Positions 15,887 through 25,606 of a stretch of DNA of 64,000 nt are shown here, piece after piece. The notes under the pieces were generated by a model. It saw only the letters and a list, made by a program, of their open reading frames with translations, did no database searches and was not told where the DNA came from. Positions within the stretch are counted from its first letter, which is position 1. Every line of letters begins with the position of its first letter. A program made the position numbers and the translations under genes. The stretch spans positions 105,234 through 169,233 of the forward strand of contig JAHDSQ010000004.1 in the NCBI GenBank assembly GCA_018432615.1. Direction: 5' to 3'. The DNA comes from Clostridia bacterium (GTDB taxonomy: Bacteria > Bacillota > Peptococcia > DRI-13 > SM3-B62).

Positions 15887-17839
15887 ATGGGTGGTTTAAA
15901 GGGCATGAGCGGCCTGAAAAAAACGGCGGTGGTATTGATTATCCTCAGTATGATGGTTTCCCTGGGACTGGACTATTTTCGGGTGCAGGCGGAGATTGAA
16001 TACAAGCAGGTTCAGGTGTTGCTGGATTATGACGAATTGAGGGATTTGGCCGCGGCCCAAGGGATGAGTGTGGAGAAACTGGCTGTTCGTTTTAAAAAAC
16101 AGGGCGCCACGGGAGTTATGATGAGGGAGCGGACCCTGGAGGATTTGGAAAAGTCGGGAGATATCATGCTGGTGGGCGGAGCCGAGGCTCAAATATTACA
16201 GGAGCTGGAGCCCTCGTTTTTGGGCGGAACTGAGCCGATCAAGGAAAACAGGTACATTGTGACGAAGGATAAAGAAGTCTACCAGGGCTTGCTTCGTAGC
16301 TTGCAGGCGGATCCGGGAGATGTGGCCGGGGGAGAAGAGGACGGCTATTATTGGCTGAATTTTTTTGCCTCGGAAAAGGATTTACTCAAGAGGGGTGTGG
16401 GGTTTTTCCCGCAAGATATTAAGCCCCTGGCAGAGGCCGGGCTGAGGGTTGTGCCCCGAATTAGGAGCTACGGCAGTGTCTGCCTTGCAGAGGTGGAGGA
16501 ATATCTGGACCTGTTTACAGAATACGGCACGCCGCTGGTGGCCTTTAACGATGAGGCCATACCCTGCTTGGGAGAGATACCTACTTTAGCCGAAAGGCTG
16601 CAAGAAGCCGGGGCTTATGTGGGAACCTTTGAGTTCTTTGAACAGCAGGGGATGGCCTCCTTAGCCCTGCAGAATGAGAAGAATGTGGTTAGGATTCATT
16701 CAATCAGTGAAAATGAAATGCCCCAATATTTTGAGGAAAAGGCGCTGGAGCGCTTTAACCTGGCGGTGGCGGAAAGAAACATCCGGGCTTTGTATGTGCG
16801 CTTTTTTGGTCTGGAGCAGCCGGAGGCTGCCCTGGAGCGGAATCTGGAATTTGTGGGCAGCATCAAGGCAGATTTGGAAGCCGAAGGATTTGTGATAGGA
16901 GAAGGCCAAGGGCCGGACAGTCCACCCTATTCCGTGTGGTTGATGCTGATTATTGGCCTGGGAGTTATCGGAGGTCTCTTGCTGTGGGGGGAAGCGGTGC
17001 TACCTAAAAAGTTGGTTTGGGCCGGGGGTGTTGCCGGTCTGATTGGTTGGGTGGCCTTGCTGTATCTTACGCCGGTGTTGGCCCGTAAGGCCTTTGCTCT
17101 TTTGAGCGTGGTTGTTTTTCCGGTCATCGGTATAACGGCGGTTGTGAAGCAAAAAGCGGCCGGGGAAGAGAAGAAATTCAAACAAGCGGTGATAATGCTT
17201 TTAAAGATAGCGGGAATCAGTTTGGTGGGTGCTATGATCATGACAGGGCTTTTGGGGGATAAATCCTTTATGCTGAAGATTAACGGGTTCAGCGGGGTGA
17301 AACTGGCGCATTTGCTGCCCCTTGTGGCGGTACCGGCATATTTGCTGTATGATGGGGAAGGTGCCAGAGAAATATTTGTCAAGCTGAAAAAGCTTCTGGA
17401 GAACCCGGTTTTGCTGGGGCAGGTGGTAGGAGGGGCCTTGCTGTTGGCAGCTCTGGCGGTATATCTCTTGCGGACGGGTAACGACAGCGGGGTTTTGGTG
17501 ACCTCTTGGGAGATGAAGATGAGAAGCCTTTTGGACCAGGTGTTGGGCGTGCGGCCCAGGACAAAGGAGTTTTTGCTGGGGCATCCGGCCATGCTGCTTT
17601 TACTGTATTACGGCTATGACAGGAAAGATTTGAAGAAGAATGCCCTGTTGTTGCTGGGTACTATCGGTCAGGTTTCATTGGTCAATACTTATGCCCATAT
17701 CCATACGCCCTTGGTGGTTTCGGTTATTCGTTCCTTTCACGGGCTGTGGCTGGGGGTATTGTTGGGAGTGTGCGCTATAGTGGTTATTAACTTATGCTTG
17801 CGATATCTGCACAATGCGGAGAGTGATGCCGGTGAGTAA
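15887..17839 (+). CDS. Large polytopic membrane protein (N-terminal ~330-aa extracytoplasmic domain + ~10 TM); recalls DUF5693-type proteins that accompany csaB
   Basis: N-terminal TM, a soluble domain, then hydrophobic segments from WLMLIIGLGVIGGLLLW onward. Translationally coupled to csaB. The family name is from memory and not verified. Confidence 0.55.
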   Translation: MGGLKGMSGLKKTAVVLIILSMMVSLGLDYFRVQAEIEYKQVQVLLDYDELRDLAAAQGMSVEKLAVRFKKQGATGVMMRERTLEDLEKSGDIMLVGGAEAQILQELEPSFLGGTEPIKENRYIVTKDKEVYQGLLRSLQADPGDVAGGEEDGYYWLNFFASEKDLLKRGVGFFPQDIKPLAEAGLRVVPRIRSYGSVCLAEVEEYLDLFTEYGTPLVAFNDEAIPCLGEIPTLAERLQEAGAYVGTFEFFEQQGMASLALQNEKNVVRIHSISENEMPQYFEEKALERFNLAVAERNIRALYVRFFGLEQPEAALERNLEFVGSIKADLEAEGFVIGEGQGPDSPPYSVWLMLIIGLGVIGGLLLWGEAVLPKKLVWAGGVAGLIGWVALLYLTPVLARKAFALLSVVVFPVIGITAVVKQKAAGEEKKFKQAVIMLLKIAGISLVGAMIMTGLLGDKSFMLKINGFSGVKLAHLLPLVAVPAYLLYDGEGAREIFVKLKKLLENPVLLGQVVGGALLLAALAVYLLRTGNDSGVLVTSWEMKMRSLLDQVLGVRPRTKEFLLGHPAMLLLLYYGYDRKDLKKNALLLLGTIGQVSLVNTYAHIHTPLVVSVIRSFHGLWLGVLLGVCAIVVINLCLRYLHNAESDAGE

Positions 17840-18953
17840 GGTAGTGATTTCAGGCTACTACGGCTTTGACAACGTGGGGGATGAAAGTATCCTGTACGCG
17901 ATTATTGGGGCGCTGCAAAAGGAAGTACCGGGAGTAGAGATAACGGTGCTTTCCCACGATCCCGAGGGGACAGCGGCCAGGTATGGCGTGAAGGCAGTTA
18001 ACCGCTGGAATCCTGCGACTGTGCTTGAAGCACTGGTGCCGGCGGATTTATTGATCAGCGGCGGGGGCTCTCTTTTGCAGGATGTCAGCAGCAGGATTAG
18101 TCCTTTGTATTACCTGTCGGTAATCCTGCTGGCTAAGATGCTGAGAAAACGAGTGTTGGTTTATGCCCAGGGAATAGGGCCTTTGGAAAAAAGAACGACC
18201 CGGCGTATGACTGCCTCTGTTTTTAACCGGCTGCGTCACATAACGGTGCGGGATGAAGAGTCGAGACAGGAGCTGTTATCCCTGGGGGTCGGGCAAGAAA
18301 TCACGGTGGCTGCGGATCCGGTCCTGGGTCTTTACGGCGGTGATTTTGACGCCGAGGTCGGAAAAAGGATCTTGGAGAGAAACGGCATACAGGACGGTGA
18401 GGGACAAAAGACGATCGGGGTCTTTATCCGTTCCTGGCGCGACAACAGTTTTCTGCCGGCTTTGGCAGAGGCTTGTGATTGTTTAGTGAAGCAGGGGTGT
18501 CGGGTGGTCTTTGTGCCCCTCCATTACCCTCATGATATGGGTATCGCTCAAGAGGCTGTCAAACTGATGCGGCAGAAGGCTTTCTGTCTGCAGGAGGGCT
18601 ATTTCCCCTGGGAGGTTCTTTCCCTAATGAAAAACCTCGACGTTGCGGTAGGGATGAGGCTCCACGCTTTGATTAACGGGGCGGTGGCAGGAATTCCGGT
18701 TGTCGGGATAAGCTATGACCCTAAGGTTGAGCGGTTTTTAGGGCAGATAGGGCAGCAGGCCTTGTCGGCAGACGATCTTGATGCCGCCGATTTGACAGCG
18801 GTCGTTAACGAGGCCTTGGTGAGCGGCGGGAAGACGATGGAGGAGTTGCAAGACCGTTTGGCGGATTTGGCTAAAAAAGCCGTTTTGCCGGCGCAAAGGG
18901 CAGCGGAAATTTTGCGAAAGAAAGAAGCTTCAAGGTATAAGGAATCTGAATGA
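17826..18953 (+). CDS. csaB: Polysaccharide pyruvyl transferase CsaB
   Basis: KVVISGYYGFDNVGDESILYAIIGALQ at the N-terminus and LLISGGGSLLQD are CsaB signatures. The start overlaps the upstream ORF end. Confidence 0.8.
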   Translation: MPVSKVVISGYYGFDNVGDESILYAIIGALQKEVPGVEITVLSHDPEGTAARYGVKAVNRWNPATVLEALVPADLLISGGGSLLQDVSSRISPLYYLSVILLAKMLRKRVLVYAQGIGPLEKRTTRRMTASVFNRLRHITVRDEESRQELLSLGVGQEITVAADPVLGLYGGDFDAEVGKRILERNGIQDGEGQKTIGVFIRSWRDNSFLPALAEACDCLVKQGCRVVFVPLHYPHDMGIAQEAVKLMRQKAFCLQEGYFPWEVLSLMKNLDVAVGMRLHALINGAVAGIPVVGISYDPKVERFLGQIGQQALSADDLDAADLTAVVNEALVSGGKTMEELQDRLADLAKKAVLPAQRAAEILRKKEASRYKESE

Positions 18954-18986
18954 TGATGCTTGAATGACGGTGAAGGAGAGGAAAGG

Positions 18987-20549
18987 ATGGGCGGGGTAGC
19001 AAGAGCAACTTTGGTAATAATATTTATGAACGTGGCCGGCAAGCTGCTGGGCTTTATCCGGGAGACGGTAATAGCCGGGCAGTACGGGGCAACCCATCTG
19101 ACGGATGCTTACCTAGTGGCCTATACTTTGCCCTACTTTCTGCAGACGGTGCTGGGGATGGCTTTGGTCACGGTCATTGTGCCTGTGGTGACCAAGTACC
19201 TGGTCAGGGATGAAAAGGAAGAGGCCTGGCGGATTGCCAGCATTACTTTGAATTGGACGGTGCTCTTCATGGTGGCCTTTACCTTGCTGGGGGTTATCGG
19301 GGCCAAGGTGCTGGTCTATCTGACCGCTCCCGGCTTTGATGAGGCTACTGCCGGATTGGCCCAAACCCTTACTGTCATAATGTTCCCTTCGGTTATTTTT
19401 ATGGGTGCGGGGATGCTGGTCTCGGGGATACTGAATGCTAACAAGTCTTTTGCGGCGGCGGCTTTTGTCCCGGGCTTTATCAGTCTGGTGATTATTCTCT
19501 TCGTCTTGGCGCTGGGACGCTTTGGTGTGGGTTATCTGGCTTGGGGGACTTTGGTCGGCATGAGCGGTTCCTTGTTCATCCAATTACCGGCTTTGCGCCG
19601 GGTGGGGTTTCGCTATTCCTGGGATTGGAGTTTTAAGCACCCGGAGGTCAAAGGGATCTTCGCCAACATCTTTCCTATCTTTTTGGGTACGGCTGTAAAC
19701 CAGTTGTATCTGGCGATCAATCGGATTTTCGCTTCCGGGCTGGCGGAGGGCAGTATTTCCGCTTTGAACTATGCCAGCAAGTTGATGAACCTGCCCTTGG
19801 GGGTCTTTGTACTGGCCGTTTCGTCGGCCATTTACCCTACCTTGGCGGAGCAGGCGGTGCGGGAGGATAAGGAAAAGCTGATTTTAACCTTAAACAGAGG
19901 CTTAAAGATGGTACTGCTGGTTACTTTCCCGGCGGCGGTGGGATTGATGGCGCTGGATGCCCCTATTGTCAAGCTGCTTTTTGAAAGAGGGGCTTTTGAT
20001 GCCCAGGCTACAAAAATGACGGCGCAAGCCCTTTTCTTCTTCGGGACGGGGATGTTTGCCATGGGTGCCAATATGGTGATCACGCGAGCTTATTACGCCC
20101 TGCGGGATGTCAAGACGCCGCTTATGATGGGACTCTTGTCGGTGGTCGTTAATGTCCTGGCCAGTGTGGTTTTTACCCGTTATCTGGGACACAGCGGTTT
20201 GGCTTTGGCTAACAGCGTGGCGGCTATTTTCAATACCGTAGCCCTTTATGCCCTTTTGACCCGGCGCTTTCCCCGCCTATATTTTGCAGAGCTGGCTGTA
20301 TCCGGTGGCAAGTCCCTGGGGGCCTCGTTGCTGACGGGATTGGCCGCCTTTTATACCTATGGCTACCTGGCAGGGGGTGTTCTGGCGGCTCAGGGAAGCA
20401 GGGTGCTGCTGGTGAGAGTCATGGTGGCTGTAACGGTGGGAGTGGCAGTGTACGGGGTAAGCATTATTGCGTTAAGGGAAAAGGAAGCCCTGTATCTCTT
20501 CAAGGCCGGGCTCGATAAAATTAGGGTACGATTGGCAAAAGGTATTTAG
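18987..20549 (+). CDS. murJ: MurJ/MviN-family (MOP superfamily) flippase
   Basis: ATLVIIFMNVAGKLLGFIRETVIAGQYGATHLTDAYLVAYTLPYFL plus 14 predicted TM segments. Confidence 0.85.
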   Translation: MGGVARATLVIIFMNVAGKLLGFIRETVIAGQYGATHLTDAYLVAYTLPYFLQTVLGMALVTVIVPVVTKYLVRDEKEEAWRIASITLNWTVLFMVAFTLLGVIGAKVLVYLTAPGFDEATAGLAQTLTVIMFPSVIFMGAGMLVSGILNANKSFAAAAFVPGFISLVIILFVLALGRFGVGYLAWGTLVGMSGSLFIQLPALRRVGFRYSWDWSFKHPEVKGIFANIFPIFLGTAVNQLYLAINRIFASGLAEGSISALNYASKLMNLPLGVFVLAVSSAIYPTLAEQAVREDKEKLILTLNRGLKMVLLVTFPAAVGLMALDAPIVKLLFERGAFDAQATKMTAQALFFFGTGMFAMGANMVITRAYYALRDVKTPLMMGLLSVVVNVLASVVFTRYLGHSGLALANSVAAIFNTVALYALLTRRFPRLYFAELAVSGGKSLGASLLTGLAAFYTYGYLAGGVLAAQGSRVLLVRVMVAVTVGVAVYGVSIIALREKEALYLFKAGLDKIRVRLAKGI

Positions 20550-20591
20550 AGAGAAATGTAGAATAATGCCAGTGTGAGGTGGTTGGTTACC

Positions 20592-21017
20592 ATGATGGAT
20601 AATGTGAGAATTCAGGAAATTATACCCCACAGGTATCCCTTTATTCTGGTGGACAAGATTGTGGAGTTCGAGGAAGACAAGAGGATCGTGGGAATCAAAA
20701 ATGTTACCATAAACGAGCACTTTTTCCAGGGCCATTTTCCGGGTCAGCCGGTGATGCCGGGGGTTTTGATAGTCGAAGCCTTAGCCCAGACCGGGGCAGT
20801 GCTGGTACTGAACAAGCCGGAGAATAAAGGGAAGATTGCCTTTTTTGCCGGGATAGACAAGTGCCGCTTTAAGCGGCAGGTGGTACCGGGCGATACCCTG
20901 CGTTTGGAGATTGAGGTCATCCGCCTCAAGGGAATTGTCGGCAAATGCCAGGCCAGAGCTTTGGTGGAGGGCGAGCTGGCCTGTGAGGGCGAGCTGATGT
21001 TTGTAATTGAAAAGTAG
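20592..21017 (+). CDS. fabZ: 3-hydroxyacyl-ACP dehydratase FabZ
   Basis: [17 protein letters not shown]...[26 protein letters not shown]. Confidence 0.9.
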   Translation: MMDNVRIQEIIPHRYPFILVDKIVEFEEDKRIVGIKNVTINEHFFQGHFPGQPVMPGVLIVEALAQTGAVLVLNKPENKGKIAFFAGIDKCRFKRQVVPGDTLRLEIEVIRLKGIVGKCQARALVEGELACEGELMFVIEK

Positions 21018-21145
21018 GGGTCCGGGGAACCACAAGAACCGTCCCCTTGGTTTACCCCTGGCCATGGACAGAATATATGCTCCGTGGTATAATACCCTGG
21101 AAGAATTGTAAGGCAAAATGTATTTTGAGTTAAGGAGGCAACAAG

Positions 21146-22213
21146 GTGAGAGAGACAGCCGTTCCTATACTGCTGGCCTTTGCTGTTGCCATGTTTGGTA
21201 CACCGCTGGTGAGGCAGCTTGCCATTAGAATAAAGGCTTTTGATAATCCTACAGCCCGTAAGGTTCATAACTGTGCCATGCCCTGTATGGGAGGGCTGGC
21301 TATCTGTTTAGCCTTTTGGGTGGCAGCTCTTTATGCTTTCCCTCTTTCCAAGGAATTGGGAGGACTGCTGGTAGGCGGACTTTTGATTTGTCTTGTCGGC
21401 ATAGTGGATGATTTGAGGGGGGTATCCCCTCGGATGAAGCTGGCCGTACAGGTAGTGGCGGCGTGTATTGTAGTAGCCGCCGGAATCAGGGTGGATTTTA
21501 TGACCAACCCCATTGAGGGGGTCTTCAATCTCGGTTATTTGAGTTATCCGGTGACTGTGTTATGGATTATCGGCGTTACTAACGCCGTGAATCTCATTGA
21601 CGGTCTTGACGGACTGGCCACGGGGGTATCTGCCATAGCGGCGCTAACCCTGGGAACCGTGGCGGCACTGGAAGGCTTTGGGCAGGCCGCGATGCTGTCC
21701 TTTATTCTGGCGGCCGGTGCTCTCGGTTTTCTGCGATATAACTTTTATCCGGCTAAAATATTCATGGGGGATACCGGCTCTTTGTTTTTAGGGTTCAATC
21801 TGGCTGTTGTGGCTATCAGCGGACTGACAAAGAGCACGACGGTGATTTCCCTCTTTCTCCCGGTTATCATCTTAGGGATTCCGATATTTGATACTTTGTT
21901 TGCCATTGTACGGCGTTTCCATAACAAAAAGCCTATTTTCTGCGCAGATAAGGAGCATCTGCACCATAGGCTTTTGGCGTTGGGACTGACACACAGGGGC
22001 GCGGTCCTGGCTATGTACGGCGTGAGTGCCTTGTTTAGTGTGTCGGCTGTTCTGATGGCCCTTGTTACCACGGCCCAAGGTATGTTGGTGATGGTCGCGG
22101 TTTCCTTGGGGATTTTTATAGCTGCCGACAGGCTCGGCATCTTAAGGGGTATTACCTGTAAAGAACCTTCCAAACACTATCATCAAGGGAGAGAGAAGAA
22201 TGAAATATCGTAA
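21146..22213 (+). CDS. tagO: Glycosyltransferase family 4 (MraY-like) undecaprenyl-phosphate GlcNAc-1-P transferase, TagO/WecA type
   Basis: VDDLRGVSPRMKL, NAVNLIDGLDGLATG, NFYPAKIFMGDTGSLFLGF, HLHHRL. Confidence 0.85.
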   Translation: MRETAVPILLAFAVAMFGTPLVRQLAIRIKAFDNPTARKVHNCAMPCMGGLAICLAFWVAALYAFPLSKELGGLLVGGLLICLVGIVDDLRGVSPRMKLAVQVVAACIVVAAGIRVDFMTNPIEGVFNLGYLSYPVTVLWIIGVTNAVNLIDGLDGLATGVSAIAALTLGTVAALEGFGQAAMLSFILAAGALGFLRYNFYPAKIFMGDTGSLFLGFNLAVVAISGLTKSTTVISLFLPVIILGIPIFDTLFAIVRRFHNKKPIFCADKEHLHHRLLALGLTHRGAVLAMYGVSALFSVSAVLMALVTTAQGMLVMVAVSLGIFIAADRLGILRGITCKEPSKHYHQGREKNEIS

Positions 22214-22763
22214 TATGATCATTGTTGGGGCGGTATTGTCTATTCTCGTCGGATTCATCGGGGGGAAAATGCTGATGGCAGATTCTCCGACGGCCGGTTC
22301 GGAGGGGGACCCTGTAGTCTCCAAGAGTTACGTGGACGCAGCCCTGGAGGAGCGTATCCAGGAGCTTGAAGCGGAAGTTGCACAGCTTAATGTCAAATCT
22401 CAGGCCATGCAGACCATGATTAATGAGTTGCAGTCCAAGGTGAACAAAACTTCAACGAGTTCAAGCTCTTCAAGCACTTCCGGCAGTTCAAGTACTTCCG
22501 GCTCTTCAAGTACCTCCGGAACATCATCTGGTAGTACAACAACGGATCATAGCGCTATGGTAGGCAAAACGGTCTATGTGCGGCAGGAAAACAATTACGT
22601 AAACATGCGGGACAATCCCAGTACTGTGGACACCACGGTCTTAAAGAAAGTGGAAAAGGGCGAGGCGATGCTCGTCCAGGAGGTAAGGAGCGATTGGTAC
22701 CAGGTAAGGCTTACCGATAGTACGGTGGGCTGGGTGGCCGGCTGGCTTGTAGAGACCAAGTAA
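22200..22763 (+). CDS. Membrane-anchored coiled-coil / Ser-rich linker / SH3b domain protein
   Basis: TM IIVGAVLSILVGFIGG. Low-complexity SSSSSTSGSSSTSGSSSTSGTSSGSTTT. C-terminus YVNMRDNPS....VLKKVEKGEAMLVQEVRSDWYQVRL.DSTVGWVAGWL has the bacterial SH3 pattern. Confidence 0.6.
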   Translation: MKYRNMIIVGAVLSILVGFIGGKMLMADSPTAGSEGDPVVSKSYVDAALEERIQELEAEVAQLNVKSQAMQTMINELQSKVNKTSTSSSSSSTSGSSSTSGSSSTSGTSSGSTTTDHSAMVGKTVYVRQENNYVNMRDNPSTVDTTVLKKVEKGEAMLVQEVRSDWYQVRLTDSTVGWVAGWLVETK

Positions 22764-22797
22764 CCGGATTGTATGGTGTAGAGTGAGGGGAAGTACC

Positions 22798-24372
22798 CTA
22801 TAAAAGTGGTGACAGTAGCCGCGCACCGGATTCTAAGACCCGGTGGTGCAGGGGCTGTTCGGTAAGGGTCTCCATTGTCAGGCGCTCGGAAAACTTTAGA
22901 TCGTTGATAAAGTCCGCTTCAAGTCTGCGGGCTATTTCTTTATCATAAATCAGGGCATTCACCTCAAAATTCAGACTGAAGCTGCGGCGGTCCATGTTGG
23001 CCGAACCCACGGAGGAAACCAAACCGTCGATGATGAGGATTTTGGCGTGCATAAAGCCGTTTTGATAGAAATATATTTCTATACCCGCCTCCATTAATTC
23101 TTCCAGATAGGACATGGCGGCGTAAAAGACGATTCTGTAGTCCGGATTGGCCGGCAGTAATACTTTTATGTCTACGCCGCTGAGGGCTGCTGTTTTGAGG
23201 GCGGTCAGGATGCTTTCGTTGGGCACGAAGTAGGGAGAGGTCAGGTATATTGATTTTTGCGCCGTGGCGATGGCGTAGTAATAGACCTGCATGATGGATT
23301 CCCAGTGGGTGTCCGGTCCGCTGGCGGCGATTTGAACCGGCTTGTTGCCGGGAAGCTGCGATCCGGAGGTTACTGAGGGTGGTGAGCCTGTGGGGAGTTG
23401 TTCTTTCGTAACGAAGAACCAATCCTGAATAAAGATGTTCTGCAGATAATGGATGGTGTCACCGGCAATTCGCAGGTGGGTATCACGCCAGTAGCCGATA
23501 TTGGGATCCCGCCCCAGGTATTCGTCGCCGATGTTGATGCCGCCTACAAAACTTACGGTTCCGTCAATGATGAGGATTTTGCGGTGGTTGCGGTAGTTTA
23601 TCCTGTTATGAAAAAAAGGGACACGGACGGGCAGGAAAGGCTCAATTCTGATACCCACGGCTCTCATTTTTCGGAGGTAGTTTTTGCCCAAAGAGCGGGA
23701 GCCGATGCCGTCAAAGATGACGCGAACCGTAACACCCTTCTGGGCTTTGTCGATGAGAAGCTGTGAAATTTTTGAGCCTATCTCATCGTTCCGGAGGATA
23801 TATGTTTCCAGGTAGATGTATTTTGTGGCACTCTGCAAGGCTTCGATTATGGCAGGGAAGATTTGCCGCCCGTCGGTCAGCACGGTGACCTCGTTATTAA
23901 GGGTGATGGGATATTCGGTGCTATTGCAGATCAATTGTATCAGCCGTTCTTTGGCTTCGGCTGTTTCTGCAAGCTGTTGCAAGCTGCCCTCGTCGGCAGG
24001 AGCATTAAAAGGACAGAGGTAGTGGCTGATTTTTTGTTTCTTGACCGTCAGGCGTCTTTTATGAAACTGACGGCCTAACAGAAGGTAGACGAAAAAGCCC
24101 AACAGGGGAAGAAAGATGAGGATTAACAGCCAGGCCAGGGTAGTTCCCGGGTCGCGTTTTTCCATAATAATGACGATACAGGTGAAAAGAACCAGGGAAC
24201 CCAAGATGACGGAAAAGATATTGGTTATTGTCACCAGGGGCGGGGACGGTGGGGAGATGTGTTTTAAAAGGTCAAAAACATTGGTATATGCGGCATTTAT
24301 GATCAGTACGTTGATTACCAGGATGAAGAGAAACAACACCACCAGCAAGGTGTACTCTGTTTTACGCATCAT
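22798..24372 (-). CDS. cls: Cardiolipin synthase
   Basis: Two PLD HKD motifs (NHRKILIIDG....GGINIGDEY ; MHAKILIIDG....GSANMDRRS), N-terminal TMs and TLAWLLILIFLPLLGFFVYLLLG. Confidence 0.9.
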   Translation of the reverse strand: MMRKTEYTLLVVLFLFILVINVLIINAAYTNVFDLLKHISPPSPPLVTITNIFSVILGSLVLFTCIVIIMEKRDPGTTLAWLLILIFLPLLGFFVYLLLGRQFHKRRLTVKKQKISHYLCPFNAPADEGSLQQLAETAEAKERLIQLICNSTEYPITLNNEVTVLTDGRQIFPAIIEALQSATKYIYLETYILRNDEIGSKISQLLIDKAQKGVTVRVIFDGIGSRSLGKNYLRKMRAVGIRIEPFLPVRVPFFHNRINYRNHRKILIIDGTVSFVGGINIGDEYLGRDPNIGYWRDTHLRIAGDTIHYLQNIFIQDWFFVTKEQLPTGSPPSVTSGSQLPGNKPVQIAASGPDTHWESIMQVYYYAIATAQKSIYLTSPYFVPNESILTALKTAALSGVDIKVLLPANPDYRIVFYAAMSYLEELMEAGIEIYFYQNGFMHAKILIIDGLVSSVGSANMDRRSFSLNFEVNALIYDKEIARRLEADFINDLKFSERLTMETLTEQPLHHRVLESGARLLSPLL

Positions 24373-24454
24373 GATTTCCTTCCTTCACTTTTCTGTAGTA
24401 TAATTCTACATTTTGCGGAGGCAAATGGCAAACACACAAATAGAAAAATCAGTA

Positions 24455-24509
24455 TTGACAACAGTGGTGGTTGGAAATAGAATATACATGTTGACCGACT
24501 GTTCGGTCA
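24455..24509 (+). promoter_or_regulatory. Promoter of the RND operon with a candidate TetR operator
   Basis: TTGACA(24455)-17 nt-TAGAAT(24478), then the palindrome TGACCGA-ctgt-TCGGTCA (24492-24509). Confidence 0.45.
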
Positions 24510-24574
24510 GTTTGTCAAGACTTACAATGTATTAGACTTACAATGTATTAGGTTGTACAAAAGGAGGAGCATTG

Positions 24575-25606
24575 ATGCGCAAAGGGAAAATAATAGCCGT
24601 GGTACTGGTAGTAATTGCGGTGATTGCGATAGTGGTATTTGGAGCGGGCGGGCTTTTGAACAATTCCGAGCCTGTCGAATCTACAGAGGAAGTTGATAAG
24701 ATCCCGGTCAGTGTTGAAACGGTACAAAGAGACAATCTTAACAAGACCATTCTTTTAGGCGGGCTGCTTGCGCCAAAGGAAGAGGTATTTCTGGCTGCCA
24801 AGAATCCGGCCTTGAAGGTGTTAAGCGTGCCGGTGGAGGTAGGAGACAGGGTGGGAGCCGGAACAACCGTGGTAGTCTTTGACTCCCGCAGTCTTGACCT
24901 GCAGTTGGAACAAGCCCGGAGCGATTATGAAAGGAATCTGCAGCTCTTTGAAGCCGGTGCGGTTTCTAAGTATCAGCTTGAGCAGCTTGAAAATGCCTTG
25001 GATAATCTCAGGATTCAGAAGGAGGACATGGTTTTGACCAGCCCGATCAGCGGAGTGGTTTCGGCGGTAGGGGCTGTTGAGGGTCAAATGGCTGGCAGTT
25101 CGGTGTTGGTTTCCCTTGTCAATGTAGACGAATTGGAGCTTGAGGTACAGGTCAGTGAAGCCAATATCAGCAAGGTGCAAGTGGGAGGCGAAATGCCTGT
25201 TTACATAGCGGCGGCATCCCAAGGGATTTATCCGGCCAGGGTGGTAAGTGTTGCCCCTCATGTTGATGCTAGAACCAAGGCCTATCCCGTTACTCTTAAG
25301 ATTAAAAACGAAGACGGTCTTATCAAAGGCGGGATGTACGGGGAGGTAGAGCTGGTTGTGGATAGCAAGGAAGGAGTCCTTGTTGTTCCGCAGTACGCCG
25401 TGCTGGAAAGAGAACAGGAAAAGATTGTTTACACAGTAGAGGAAGGCAAGGCGGTAGAAAAATTAGTCGAGATAGGCTTGACTTTAGGAGATGAAGCCGA
25501 AGTCGTCAGTGGGTTAAAAGAAGGCGATCTGCTTATCGTGGAAGGACAGTACGGAGTGCAGGACGGCAGTGAGGTCATCATCCCGGCAAGGGGTGAAAGG
25601 CAATGA
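24575..25606 (+). CDS. Efflux RND periplasmic adaptor (membrane fusion protein)
   Basis: TM anchor, coiled-coil hairpin (LQLEQARSDYERNLQLFEAGAVSKYQLEQLENAL) and beta-barrel region. Stop overlaps the pump start. Confidence 0.85.
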   Translation: MRKGKIIAVVLVVIAVIAIVVFGAGGLLNNSEPVESTEEVDKIPVSVETVQRDNLNKTILLGGLLAPKEEVFLAAKNPALKVLSVPVEVGDRVGAGTTVVVFDSRSLDLQLEQARSDYERNLQLFEAGAVSKYQLEQLENALDNLRIQKEDMVLTSPISGVVSAVGAVEGQMAGSSVLVSLVNVDELELEVQVSEANISKVQVGGEMPVYIAAASQGIYPARVVSVAPHVDARTKAYPVTLKIKNEDGLIKGGMYGEVELVVDSKEGVLVVPQYAVLEREQEKIVYTVEEGKAVEKLVEIGLTLGDEAEVVSGLKEGDLLIVEGQYGVQDGSEVIIPARGERQ

